The translations under genes and the position numbers were made by a program. A stretch of DNA of 64,000 bases, taken from contig CAJFCJ010000024.1 in assembly GCA_904063045.1 (NCBI GenBank), forward strand, positions 863,777 to 927,776. The letters run 5' to 3'. This DNA is from Dimorphilus gyrociliatus (Eukaryota > Animalia > Annelida). The notes under the pieces were generated by a model that had not been told where the DNA came from, did no database searches, and saw nothing but the letters and a program-made list of their open reading frames with translations. Of this stretch, positions 26,875 to 40,536 are shown piece after piece; the first letter of the stretch is position 1, and each line of letters opens with the position of its first letter.

Positions 26875-27693
26875 TTAGCTAATTCCATCATCATTACATT
26901 CATAGAGAAAGTGAGCAGGAAATATAAAATTTATCCACCATTTTTTGCCAAAAACGCCATTTAAGTTACTATAACTGTCTGTTTTAACAACCTTTATATT
27001 GTTTTGTAGTTCGAATGCTGTCTGACCGCAGAGGGCACAGGTCATTTGCTGTATGAAAGAGGAGAAAGAGAATATGAAGAAACAGATGACGCTGTAAAGA
27101 AGAGATACCATAACGACGTTGAGATTGGGAGTACCATCCCCCCTCAGCCAGCCAATAATTACAGTTGGTAAAAATAATTGACTAATACCGAAACGCGGTA
27201 CAAAATCGCAATAGGCGTAGGCAGTAGCGTGTAATAGGCAGAATGTGCAACCAATAGTGCACCAGAATGTAAAGACGATGAAGAAACGCTGATTACGTAA
27301 TCCAATGCAGCAATCGGTAATAAAGCAGTGGTGGGAACGTTTGAGGATGCAACAACTGCAAAGCGGACAGTGGTGGCAACGGGGCGGTCTGTGCATTCCG
27401 CAGATAAGGCAGGGCTTCCAAGACCAGTACGGATAAGCTATCTTATCGCATTCGACAATATAGAGAACTTCTGAGTTGTTTATCCTACTCTTCTTCCGAT
27501 CATTTGGACTCGGTTTGTAAGTTGTATTGACGAGTTTCGTGCAAAACCAATTAGCAGTTACTTGGGCCAGCATAAAATAAGCGAATAAACGTTGAAATGT
27601 AGAATGTACAATATAACATAATCCTATGTAAGAAACTCCAATCAGAGTTGACCAGAACCAAATAACAGAAACTTTGAAAAGACGAAATCTCAT
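26875..27693 (-). CDS. DHHC-family palmitoyltransferase (ZDHHC22/24-like) with a variant SHHC motif, 272 aa, intronless
   Basis: Single ORF with a Cys-rich domain CLICGMHRPPRCHHCPLCSCCILKRSHHCFITDCCIGLRNQRFF, four hydrophobic segments, a TTxE-like GQTAFE, N...VFGKKW..FIFP, and a C-terminal DDG. Confidence 0.92.
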   Translation of the reverse strand: MRFRLFKVSVIWFWSTLIGVSYIGLCYIVHSTFQRLFAYFMLAQVTANWFCTKLVNTTYKPSPNDRKKSRINNSEVLYIVECDKIAYPYWSWKPCLICGMHRPPRCHHCPLCSCCILKRSHHCFITDCCIGLRNQRFFIVFTFWCTIGCTFCLLHATAYAYCDFVPRFGISQLFLPTVIIGWLRGDGTPNLNVVMVSLLYSVICFFIFSFSSFIQQMTCALCGQTAFELQNNIKVVKTDSYSNLNGVFGKKWWINFIFPAHFLYECNDDGIS

Positions 27694-27735
27694 ATTTCTT
27701 TTCGCGTTTTTTCGCCCAACTGATCAATGCCCTTG

Positions 27736-27746
27736 CCTTTTATATA
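27736..27746 (-). promoter_or_regulatory. TATA box of the palmitoyltransferase gene
   Basis: Minus-strand TATATAAAAGG about 45-55 bp upstream of the ATG at 27693. It adjoins a (TA)n run, which lowers confidence. Confidence 0.45.
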
Positions 27747-30700
27747 TATATATCTATATATATATATATGCGGCCGGTTTATGCATATTCATTAGGGGAT
27801 GTTTTAGGCCTAGAGAAGCGTTTGTTCTGCCGCCTTATAGCCATCTGGATATGTTGCTATGTACTGTATAATTATTTTTATTAACTAGTATAGTATTTGT
27901 ACTTACACGGTTATTCAATATTAAAATAAGTTTAGGCTTGTTTTTATCAAGTATAAATAATGTTAAATTTTCAGTTTACATCAAAAATATAAATACTAAA
28001 ATAAGAATAAAAAATTCCATTTTTTTATTTTAAGAAGCAGAAATTAAATTAAAAGTAAAGAATGAAAGAAGAAGGAAAATAGAGTAGAGAGTTTAGAGCA
28101 ATTAGATAAAATTAATGATTTCCGTTTCTTTCCTCTAAAAGTAAAATCTTCGTAAAAGTCTCTTAAAAATATTGAAATACTTAATGTTGTTTAATCTAAT
28201 CCAAGAGAGAATAATCTCCTTTGGTGGAAACATAAGAAAAAAAGCATCTTAAAAATTACCTTAAAAAGTATATAACTCTTATTCTACGCATTGAACCCCG
28301 ATGGATTTGGCAGCTGAGGTTTACAGAATATAATAAAATAAATACAAATAAAGAAATTTCTAAGCGAAGAGTTTTAAATCATTTGGGATTAATTTCTTCT
28401 TATACTCTTAAAATGAACATGGTTTTTCCATACATTAACCGTTTATAATAGAGAATAATGTATGAATTATAATATTGATATTCATCTAGCTTTTTTTAAA
28501 TCTTTTCCTCCTCGTTGCAGACATATCTGCAAATATATATATATAAACAGTCATTCACCCACCTTCTTCCTCTAATCCTTCATCTTTTCTCTGAAAAATA
28601 AAAGAAAAAAATTTAGAAGAGGAGAAAAATAGCATTCGTTTTCGATGTTTGTTTCTCATATAAGGAATGACTAATTTTCTTTACAGATACTCGAATATAT
28701 TGAAGATTGTCAAATTGAAATTAGCATACAGATTATAGTTTCTATATAGAAAATTTCAAAATTATAGGATCATAAAAACTCAAGGATAAGAGGATGAGAG
28801 GAAGACAAAAATAAAGATTTTTCATTATAATAAAAGAAAGTTAGTGACATCTTTTCTTCCTTTATTCCTTTATTAATAGTAGGATAAATGCGTAAGAAGA
28901 AAGGAAGTAGTTGCTAAAATGAAAATATTTATAGACCCTATAAGTGATAATTAAGCTATTCTTAGGCACGACTGGCCTAATCAATACGTGCATAATCATA
29001 AGAAATTGTTTAATACGTTCGTAAAGCTGTAAAAGACATACGCCTCGTTTATTATGACTAGTTTAACTACTCTAAATGAAATAAGGATGGAATTTGTTAT
29101 AAAAATATCTTCTATCGATATCATATTGAACTATAAAGTATATATATATATATATATACAGTATATTATATAATATATATGTATACAGTATATATACATT
29201 AAACTATATAAACATACCGTATCCTTGTTTGCTCTTTATCGCCTACTTTTACATTTAAACAAAACATAGCTAATTAATTATGTAAATAATTTGAATGAAT
29301 TTTAAAATTGCAGTCTCGTATTTAATTAAACCAACTTGTTGAGTGTTCTTCCTTCTTTGCCTTTTTTCTCCCTCCCCTTTCCCTTTTCTCTGAAAACAAA
29401 CTTCTATACAAGAAAGTGTTTTTTCTCTTTTCTTCTCGAATCTTTAGATGCCTTTAGGCTTGTGTCAATGTTGTTGCATCATATTTGCTTTGCTGATCAT
29501 GATCAATGATCCGAAAATAAATGATTAATATAATTTCTCTATTTATACATAAAAGTCTCTAAAGATTTGACTTATTCATTAAATAATTACTGATAAGCTT
29601 CACAGTATTTTCTTAATTGTGTTAAAGAATATATTTAGCCTGCATACAACATCCGTAACACTAGAAACGATACATTATATCAAATAGTATATATGGATAC
29701 TAATCCTATAAAGTATATTTCAAGCTGAAATTGTGTTAAATGGTAATTTGAAGAACTAATAAACTCAAGAATTGTTCCTAACTATCGTAATTATGACGCT
29801 TAGCTGATTATCTCTACTTTCATTGGTCAATTTTATTTATAAAAATACTGTTTTCATTCTCTTATTGCTATGTTAAAAATGTATTTCTAAAATAAGGTAT
29901 AAATTTTATTTATGTCAGACATATTGTGTTTGTTTCTTGTCAAGATAATCAGTTTCCTTCCTTTATATAGTAAACTTATGCATATCAATCGCGTTCCCTA
30001 AAGCACATACACATCTTCGATTTTTCTTACGTAATAATATAATTTTTATGTGGGTAGCTAAGTATTAGAGCACTTGAAGGATACAATCATCTTTATACAT
30101 AATAATATATGAATTAGATAGTCAATTTATCCATGAATTCATTCATAAATCTGTCTCTAAATACACTAAAAAATTTAATAAGACGGCTAATATGTAAATT
30201 AGTCTATAGAATTTACTTGCATTTATCTTATTGACCTTAGTATTAGAATGCTACGGATAACGTTCCAAGAAGTTTTTTATTATAATTAGAAGCAGTATTA
30301 TAACTAACACAATGCATATCTGTGATATATTTTCTTTAAGAAGAGGTAAAAAGCTATTATTTAACTTGGAAAGGTTTGTTTCTCTCTGTCCCTGTCTCTG
30401 TCTCTCTTTGTCTCTCTTTCTATCTCTACCTCTCTCTTTTTCTCTCTTTCTCCCTCTCTCTCTCACTCGCTCACACACACACATACATCTACAAAGTTTT
30501 ACGAGGATGTTGTTGCTTCGATCGATGGATCGATGGAGAGCCTAAGGCATACTTATTAGTTTATGTATTTCAAGTCCTTGTTAAAGTCACTTGATAGACG
30601 TGGTATAGAAAAAAAGATATATGTACTGTATTTAGTATATTTAATATATACAGTATATATATATATATATATATACATAAATAAAAATAAAGTTTCTCTA

Positions 30701-33006
30701 TATATATAGTCTACAAAGGAATAAACCCTTTTTTCAACGCTTTCAAAGTATTAGTAAGCTCCAAAATAAAAAAGAAAGTACCATTGAAGCTGGTCTTCTA
30801 TTATTCCCATATATTAACACAATTTAAATGCAAAATAACTTATAGAGACATTTATCCAGTTAATGTATCTATCAAATACGAATTATAAATATACTGTATA
30901 TTATATGTATATCTGCTGTATAGTATACATGTGTTTATAAATTATTTCTTTCCCCTACAAGCTCTCTTTCTCGAATAATATTAAATTTCTTACTTCATAT
31001 ATGGAAAATAAGTGGAATTATATTGATCCTTTTATCAGATTTCTCTCCTATTTAAAAAAAAGAAACTCTTCTTTCCAGATATTAAATAACCTTTTTTTTA
31101 ATAAAGAAAGTAAAAATTAACTATCATTAATCAAGTTTTTGTTTAATTATAAAAGTACTAAAAGTATTACTAGTTAACGACAACAAAAGACAAAACTTTC
31201 AATGATCTCGCTATTACAAAATGAATATTCACCAGGCTATTTTATAGGCTTATATAGCAATCGACGACAACGTTATTAAGGCGTTATTCAAGAAAGCAAA
31301 ACGTGCTAGATGAAAAAGAAAACCGATTGGCACAAATACACAATCGGACTCCGTACAGAGGGGTCTATAGCGAGCAGCATTTCTTTGTATAGACGCCGAA
31401 ACTAGACGCCGTCAGTCATGCAGAACGGATTTAGACCGCCCAACACCTCATCACCTAATGCTTTCTTATATGCCTTCTTTACGTTATGCGATTAGACTAA
31501 TAGAGAGAAAAAGTTGTCTTTCTTCACCTGCGCCTTAGGAAATGTTTCGTCTTATTGGAAAATTATACACTCTACCTACGTTAGTAACGAAAATGATTGA
31601 TAAAACAATGCTGAATATTTCTTTATAGAATGAACGTGAATCATATTAGCTAGTACTTTATTATTATTCTACGTGCGTATAAAGATGGAACAACCATTAA
31701 AAAACCTTTTAAAAAACGGTAAGCCATTACGAGAGAAAAGCAGGTGCGTTTCTCTTTCCCGTTCCGTCCAAAATCACTGTCACTGATCGATAAGGCCGAA
31801 CGACGTCTAAAACAATAAACGCTGCCAATTCGACGGTCGAATTGATTGATAGAGCGAGATGACATTTGTGTAGGCTTGTCAAGATATAACCTTGTTTTTG
31901 TTTTTAAACAGGAATCTTGACAATTGCATACATATTTTATACAAAGATGTTTTAGGCCTAGCATTTTTCCTTTTCTACCTATTCTCTTTCCCTCTCTCTT
32001 GTATATAAAGGAATTATTTCTCTCAGTTAAAGATAGAAAGAGAGAGAGAGGGAGAGAGAGAAATAAAAGCGAGATAGGGAGAAGGGAGGGTTGGAAGTGA
32101 TCGGATGAGAGAAGAGATACATAGATGAAAATATAAAGAACGAAAGAGATGTATTCGTATCTTGTTGTTAGTGTTTCTACAGAGTTAATTATTAAAAAAA
32201 ACAGACATAACTCAACAATTATTAAACAATAAGTTTTATCCACAATTTGATTTTTTACAAATTTTCTTTATTAAAATATAAATAAAAAGAAAAAGAGATG
32301 GAAAGTTTTATACAAATGTATAAAAATCTAAGGATTTCCCCCGTCTCCCTTTTCTTCTTCCTCTTCTTCTCCCCCTTCCTCTCCTTATTTTTGTTATCTT
32401 TTCCTTAAGTAAACTTAATAAAAAAAGTTAATTAAGTAGATAAAAACTAAAGGAAAATTTGTTTAAAGTGCAGTATTTATGGAAGATGTTGCATATATAT
32501 TTATAAATTAGGCTTATATTCGTATATATCTTAATATAAAGTATATGATATTGGTAATTATCAATTAACAATAATTTGTATACAGTATCTATTATTTCAT
32601 TAGCATATAATTTGTTTAGGACTTTATTCTTTTCTTCCAATTCGGATTTTTACTATACTTTCATTACTAAAAAATTGGATTCTTGACATACCCAAACAAT
32701 CAATTTTATCAATTTTGTCACTTGGTTGAAAGCCCTTTGGATTTATTTGTTGTTACTGTAGAGTTTATATGAGAAACGAGACGGAATTATTTGATTTTTG
32801 TTAAGTAGTCTATGGAGTAAAGTGACGCTTTTAGGCGCCTGAAATACTCCTAAAAGCATCCCTGTACTATTTCAGAAGAAGAGTCAGTTTAAAATATAAA
32901 GCAACAACTTTAGACGCCGCCTGTTAAAAAAAAAACATGTTCGCTTGTTTAGGCTAAATAGCCCTTTTTTGATGAAAGAGAAAGCAGCATACAATGTAAC
33001 TTAAAG

Positions 33007-33014
33007 TGACGTCA
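33007..33014. promoter_or_regulatory. Full CRE palindrome TGACGTCA in the intergenic region
   Basis: Exact consensus within a CpG-richer patch; function not demonstrated. Confidence 0.3.
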
Positions 33015-36000
33015 AGATGGAGACAAATTCCGGGTTAAGAAAAGTGTACTGTATCCATTAAATGGTATATACATAAAAAAACGAAAATTTTCCAGTTTAG
33101 GCTTTTCTAATCAGACCGGGTCAAGATTGTTACTTTTGTTAGCAACTTGACGCTTAAATGAATAGCTCGTTGAGTCTAACCCATTTTCCCATTCATCCTA
33201 GTGTGAAATGGAAAAGAATTTGTGTAACTTACGATAGCCTGTAGGCCCTCTCCTTTGTTATATATAAATACCCCATATTTTAATAATCGTTTCTTAATAT
33301 AGCTACCATCTATTAAAATTGATGCGAAGAAGGGGTTATAATTTGTAAATATATAGATTTTACAACTAAGCTAAATTATTAAATTTCCTTAACAATCTAA
33401 ATGCCTAAAATAATTAAATCTCCTAACTAAATTTGTTGAGGAAATCTCGAATTTCTAAGAAATATACAAGGCTATCTCTTCAAAAAGAAAGAAAATCGAC
33501 TCTTCTCCTTTGTATCTTATTTTTTCTGCGAACAATGCCTTTTCTTTTTTTGTTCATTTCCTATCATGAAAAAATTCTCTTTTCTCTCTCACTCTCGCTC
33601 TCTCACCCTGAGCCTTACTCCTTATCTCTCTCTCTCTTTCTCTCTCTCTCTTTCTATGTATATACACTATATACACACATAGAGTTGTTATAGGATAGTT
33701 TTATGCTTTTACTCTACTTTTTTCTTTCTACAAATTTGTTTAAATAAAATTACAGTTAAGACTCTAATAAACATGCTCTATAGATCATTAAACCACTCTA
33801 GGAATTTACCATTTCCGGTTGTCTTCGTCAAATGCGGACTTAAAACGTACAGCTTTCACCTCAAATCAGTGTTTTAGATAGCTGTACTTGGTATGCAAAG
33901 TAGATTTAACATCACGAACTCCAGTATAATTATACTATGAAATAACACATTACTTTTTATACATACATTAAATAGATTATATTTTGCTATTTGTTTCTTT
34001 ACTTATTTCTTACCTAGTGTTTTGCTGATAGGCCTATTTGTTTACTCTGTTGTTTGCTATGAGAGTTACTTAAATGAATAATTTCTAAAGTCCACCCAAA
34101 AAATGTTTTTGCATTGGTTTGTGTTTGGTGATGGCTGATGTTTATTTTACTTTATATACTGTATGTACGCTTATATTTATGCATTTGTAGTGAATTGATT
34201 TATGAATAATATGAATATTATATGCTAATATCATTTATACTCATGTATATATTTGACAAAGTAAACAACCCCTTTCATTTGTCTGTCAATGCCTTACATT
34301 GTACTTGAGTCTCGTATTATTCATTCAAAGCTTTATTGCTGATCATCCATAAAGGTCAAGGCACTTTATCTCCCGGAGAAAGGTAGTGCTTCTTTGATAT
34401 TGCACTCGTTCTCTCCTTAAGAAAAGACTTCGTGATCTTTAACCCTAGTTTGTATTATTAAAGGAAAATGGATTCTAGTTTTGGAAAAGAGGAAGAAGAA
34501 AGAAGAGGGAGAGAGAGGAACTATTGAAAATGTAATAGTTGTCGATTAATTCCTGAAATATTATATAAATATCACTTTACCTTTACTAGTTGTACTAGTA
34601 AGAAGATTCTTCTTTAAAAATTTCGTTTCAAAGCATACTTATAGTAAACTGATCACATTTTCACAGCTTTTCCCTCTCTTACATTATGAATATAGCCTTC
34701 TCTTACAAAGTAAAATAAGAAAGACTTCTTCAACCATGTCTCATTTTCCACTTCTATGCAAAAGGTAATTCTAGGTCAAACCTATTACCTTTTGCACTAA
34801 AGTCTCCATAACTCAACTGACATCATCCTTTGAGAGAAACAACTGATTAATTTCATTAATCGCTTTTCTTTTTCAATAGTTTAAAACGGAAAATCCATTA
34901 GAACGTCTTTAATAGAAACCTCTATTATCGAATTTTTTTGGAATATAGATTAGACAAAATCGGAACGACACAAATACATATATAGATATCTCTTCTGTTT
35001 ATAACCATTCTACTATTAAAATGGTACGCAAAATGTATTAAAAGTTGAATATACTTTATTAATATACAATTAAATATTCATGTATATTATTCCTTTGATT
35101 GTAATAAATAAATCATTAATTAGACCTAAAAATTTCATATAAATAAATAAAATAATTTTAATTTACAATTGAAAAACGAAAGAGGGATTCTCTTGTTTTT
35201 ATCAGTAGTCTCTTTTGGGAAAAATAGAGCTTTAGTGGTTTTAAAAAATGAAAAAGGAGCGAGAGAGAGAGATGGAGTGGAAAGTGGAAGGATGATAGAG
35301 ATAAGTTGAAAAAAAAAGATAGACGAAAATCTTATCCTTCCATCCGAAAGACTAATAAAGTTAATTGATAAATTAATTACATTAGGCAAGTTTTCAATGT
35401 ATCGAATCGATTTAGTAGATTGCTACAGAATAGTGTAAAAAGATACTAGCTTCTTTTATAAATAGTATCTTTATCACTATTCTATGAATTGAGTACATTA
35501 ATACTGTGTACACTTCATGTTTACTTATTATGAAATAGATATATCAATACATTGGAATCAATGTCTAAATTCTAGTTTGTAAGTTAATAGAAAACTATAC
35601 GTAATTAAATTGAAGATACTTAATATAAATTTTAAATATGTACATTGAAAGTCAAGGACAATATCTTGCCTCCCACGCTATACAATAATCCCTAATGACC
35701 ATGTACAAACCCGGTTTGGCATGCAACTCATCAATGCTAGCTTGACAAATTCCTTTCGGAGAGAACTTTAAAAAAAAACAATTAATGTCGTTGCGGTGAT
35801 TTACGATATACATCCTGAGCATTTCTATTGTAGAAACTTGTCAAAGACTTGAAAGGAATAAAAGATAATATTGTCAAAAATTTACCAGGAAAGATATGTT
35901 CTGTTATAGAGTTTTATATTAAAATTAAACGATTATTCACTAAAAATAATTCCATATTTATAAAACAAAAAAGTTTTTTTTTTAAAAAAAAAGAAATGCA

Positions 36001-39000
36001 ATAAAAATAACAAAAGTTATAAAATGAAGCTTTCAAAATTAGTCGTTTTTTATTTTATCTATAACGTTGAACAGTAGATGGCGTTAAACTAGAAGAAGAA
36101 TGAAAATAGAATAAACATCATTTCTATGAATGTGAACTAGAAATATTGAAATTGTAAATAAAATGATTTAAAGGATGTTAGCTTTATATAACTTATTTAG
36201 AGACAAACTTTTCATAGAATTGTTAATAATTCATTTAAATACTAATTTATTTTTACATATCTACATACATATTGTATTTATACAGTATATCGTTGTTTGA
36301 TATATCCGCAATTTTTTACAGTTTTTTTCTGTTTTAGAAAGAAGGGTTTAAAGATTTATTCATTTATTAGATTTAATGGTACCATAAACTTAAATATTGA
36401 TAGTAAGTATTCTAAAACTGGTTTTAACTGCCTCTTTTAGTTTCCATTTAGCTCATTACTTAATTTACTATAGATATAGTGCTTTTCTTTTTTCACATGA
36501 TATAAATATGTAAAGGGAGAGACAAGGGATTCTTAGAAGGGAAAACTTGCCTCCGAGACGTTAATTTTCATCTTAAAATCAATGAAAAAGGTGGGATGTT
36601 AATATAATTAATTAATTCACCTTGTTATTAACGTAGAAACTAATTTTTCTATTTTTTGTGTAAATCTATAATATTTATTTAACAAACTTTGCTTAAGAGG
36701 CTATTAATATTCATGAAGAAAAATATTAACTTTCTCTCACATTTATAATACAAAAAAAAACACATTGGAATATATAAGAATAGATTGTTTTCCTTTTCTA
36801 TGTCAAAGAACATCAACATCTATTGTTGTTGATAAATTGTTGATATGTTAATTTTGCATGGATGACCTACATATTCATTTTTCCATATCTTTTTTATTAT
36901 ATTCGGTATATATTATAATTATTTCTGGAAAATATGAATAAAATATTCTACTTTTAAGCTACATAGTCAACTTGTTTATATTTATGATAATATTTATATT
37001 TAAATGGCGGATAAATCATTTTATCTATATATCTTTTTCATATTTTATCCTTTTTACATCTTTACTAGATAAAGAAAAGTCCACTAAGATAAAATACGAA
37101 AAAGATGTTCGAATAGTAAGGGTATAGATGCTGTGGTATATTATTCTATTATATGATATGCTTAATATCACATCTTTTAATTACAAAGGAAAAACTAGAA
37201 GAGTACTTCTTTATTCTCATTCCTATAATAAATGCAATTTTATTAAATTTTACTATATTTAGACTAAAATAGCTAAATATATAGATTATTATAGTATTTC
37301 ATAAAATACAATTCTAGCTGATTCATTTAGTTTTCTATTTTTTTATCCTCTTTTCACTAATTTCCTAAACTAAGCTTTAAAATTCCATTATAAATTGTAA
37401 AGGACTGTCTTAAAAAGGATAGAGTAAGAGAGAGAGAGAGAGAGAGAAAGAGAGGGTATAAAGGAGCAAAACTTTCAATTTAACTTCTTCTTTCCTCCTT
37501 ATCTCTCTTTACTTGCAAAATTTTCAATTAAACGATCGTTTTCTTCTTTTTTATTCTATTTCTTTTTCTTTTGGAAGAAAAAAAACCTATTTTGTATTAC
37601 ATTTCTGATTTCTTTCTCTCTATAAGAGTAAAAAGTAATCTTACAGCTGCACGAGATAAAGGAAAGAATATTTTCGGATAGGAAAAAAATAGAAAAATGC
37701 ACTGGACAGTCAATCCATTGCAGATATTAATAATAAAAGAGAGTTCTGTCACCATAATTCATCAATTTTTTTTCTTTAACATCTCACTCTTCCATACTTT
37801 TTCCATTATGATTTTCCATAAAAGTCGATAATAATATATGGAAAATAATTTTCAAAGCTAACAGAAAACGATTCGTCCACTCTTTCTTTTCTGTCTTATA
37901 AGAATCTACGTCCTTAACCAATTCATCATTAACCCAGCTCTTCTTAAGTAACAATAGTAACTAAATACGTCATTTTACTAACTTTAATAAATGTCTTTAC
38001 TTTATTATTCATTATTCGTTTATCATCTTCTTTGTCTTTTATTCTTATATCGTTAAAATAAAGCTAATGTATATTTACTTTACAAGAGAATAACACCAAT
38101 TTAAAGATTCTTAGAGAATTGATACATCAAAGTCAAATTAACCTTATATTATATGATTACATCTCAACTAAAAAGTTCATGGTTAACGGATAGAATAGAA
38201 GTAATAGGCTGAAAATTAACATTTCAATTTTCTTGTAAATGATATGTATTTAAACAATTTTCAGTCGAAAGATTTAATATTTTTTTCATTTAATATGTTT
38301 ATAAGGAAAGAGAGAACTAGACCGTATTCAGTATATAATATAAAAGCGTTGTAATTATACAGAGGGATAGAGGAGATCCGAGTAGAAGGGAGAGAGAGAG
38401 AGAGAGAGAGATGGCTCGTATCGCCATCTATAGGATATATGAAAACTAAAAAAATCTATTTTTACTTGAAAAATATAATCTTCTGTAATGAAAAGAAATT
38501 GTACGAAATGCCCTTTTTTTTAAAAAAAAAAGAAAGAAACATTCTATAATTAACAAGCAAATAGCAAAAGCTGTTAAATTCTACTTTAAAACATTAAAAA
38601 ATTAAGTAAAACGTAACAATGCAAACAATTCAATTTAATTTAAAAATCATTTTAATATATATTGAATAATCTTTATTAATATTTATAAAAAGACAAGAAC
38701 AGCATTTCTATTTGAGAAGGAAGAAAGATCAGAAATATTTACTAATTGAATAGTTCAATAGTAGTTATTCTATAAAGCTATATACAATATTTAATAAGCT
38801 AATTGACAATAATATGGGTTTATCGATATTAATCAATAGGTTAAATTAAACACTGTATATAGATTATTTTTAACTTTTGGTCTTTTGAGTTTCTATAGTT
38901 TTTTAGTTTGCTAAAGGAGTATAACAATGGTTATTAATATTAGTTCCGTGAATATAAGGTGGGATAATAGTTTGACTTGCATTCACTAATTCTACTTAAA

Positions 39001-39302
39001 AACTTTTAAGGAAGAGAAAGAATGAACCTTTCAGAGTTTTGTCCATATTTGTTAACAGCTAAATCAAATATTTGAAAGAGAATGATATAAATAATGAAAA
39101 AGTTTTTTTAGATATTATTATCAGTCTAATCTCTTCGAAAGATTAATCTGAGGTAAATTTTCTAGAATATTAACATACCTTATTTTATCTGGTTAATACC
39201 CATTTTTCTTGCAAAAAGGAACAAGGAGAGGAAAGGAAATAAGAAGAAGAAGAAGAGAAACATTGAAATTGAAAATAATAAAAAAGCAAACAAAGATATA
39301 TC

Positions 39303-40536
39303 ATGATGAAACTATCTTCTTTGTTTATTGTTTGTTTACTTGGAATTTTGGCACCATGCTATTCGAATAATTGCCAATCCACTATTAAATTTTCTAATTG
39401 GACGCTTATAGATTATGATGGAAAATGCTTTGGATATGGTCAGCTATTTGGCGTTAAACATTATGGTTATTTTGAAGCGCAGAGATTCTGTAAGAAATAT
39501 AATGGAAAATTGGCTTCAATATCTTCTAAAGAAAAACAAACTGAATTTGGAAGAGAAATTAAATTTGCAATCAAATATGATGCCGTTTACACAGTGTTTG
39601 ACGATAGCGAAGCCTTTTTCTGGGTTGATTTAGTGAATAACACAGATACTGTTAAATGGGGAGATGGAACATACTTTAAGCAAAGCGTTTCCCCTGCTAA
39701 ATCATCATATTCTTATTCGTATTTGTCAAAATACCTAGTTGTGAATGTGGACTATGAAGGTCGCATGACATTCTACAATGAATATCATCCGTATGATGTA
39801 CGTAATGCCGTGTGTGAATTTTTTAATCGTAAGTAGGCAATTTATAGAGTATAATATAACTAAGTTTTAAATTTCATATATCTTTCTTACAGCTGGAAAT
39901 AAAACGCAAGGAAACTCTACAGGAGTTGGAGATCCTCATATGAGTCATTATATTCGAAGCGCAGATAAAAGTATTTGTTATGATTTAACGGGAAAGGCTG
40001 AGGATGAATTTATTCTACTCGACGATAAAAAGAATCATATCATTATTTCTGGTATTCTCTTGGACGATTATTACTTTCATTCAATTAAAATAAGAATGGG
40101 AAATAAGACTGTAATTGCTCATACAAATCCGTTAAAATCTACAATTTCCTGGAACAGAAATTTACAGATTTATAAATCATTAACTATCAGGAGAATAAAT
40201 CAAAATGAACTTTTAATTTCAATTGATAGGCATACATCGTTTGTTTTAACTAAAGCAAAATCTATTGGTGAAGCATATATTAATATCTGGATTCAAACTT
40301 TTGACGAAACAAACGCTGGAGGAATATTCGGGGATGTTGCCAAAAATAACTATGAATTTTTTGAATCTTCTCAAAGAGGACAAAGAGGATCTGTACAAGT
40401 TAATGGTAGAATTTTCCCAGCTGAATTCCGTCACGAACCGAAAAATTGTTGGTTTATGTCTCCGGAAAATGCTCTATTTCCTAAGAAACCAGTTAATTAC
40501 ATTGATAATTTGCAAAATACTCCATTCAATCTATAA
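39303..40536 (+). CDS. Secreted protein: signal peptide + C-type lectin-like domain + ITIH-C-terminal/VWD-like (GDPH) domain, 389 aa, 2 exons
   Basis: Exons 39303-39828 and 39893-40536 (64-nt GTAAGT..CAG intron, phase 1; 1170 nt). Signal peptide MMKLSSLFIVCLLGILAPCYS. CTLD motifs GKCFGY, YFEAQRFCKKYNGKLASI, FFWVDL, WGDGT, AVCE. Then GDPHM...ICYDLTG...LLDD....ISGILLDDYYFHSIKI...GGIFGD, resembling the ITIH heavy-chain C-terminal domain. Confidence 0.87.

Noticed and set aside
31650-32243. 197-aa minus-strand ORF in the track
   Set aside because: The first half is translated (GA)n/(TC)n microsatellite, and there is no domain or splice support; the GC-rich part is listed only as an unexplained island.
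34375-34419. miR-92-like sequence TATTGCACTCGT in a hairpin
   Set aside because: Only the first 12 nt match, the seed would fall in the terminal loop, and there is no lower stem.
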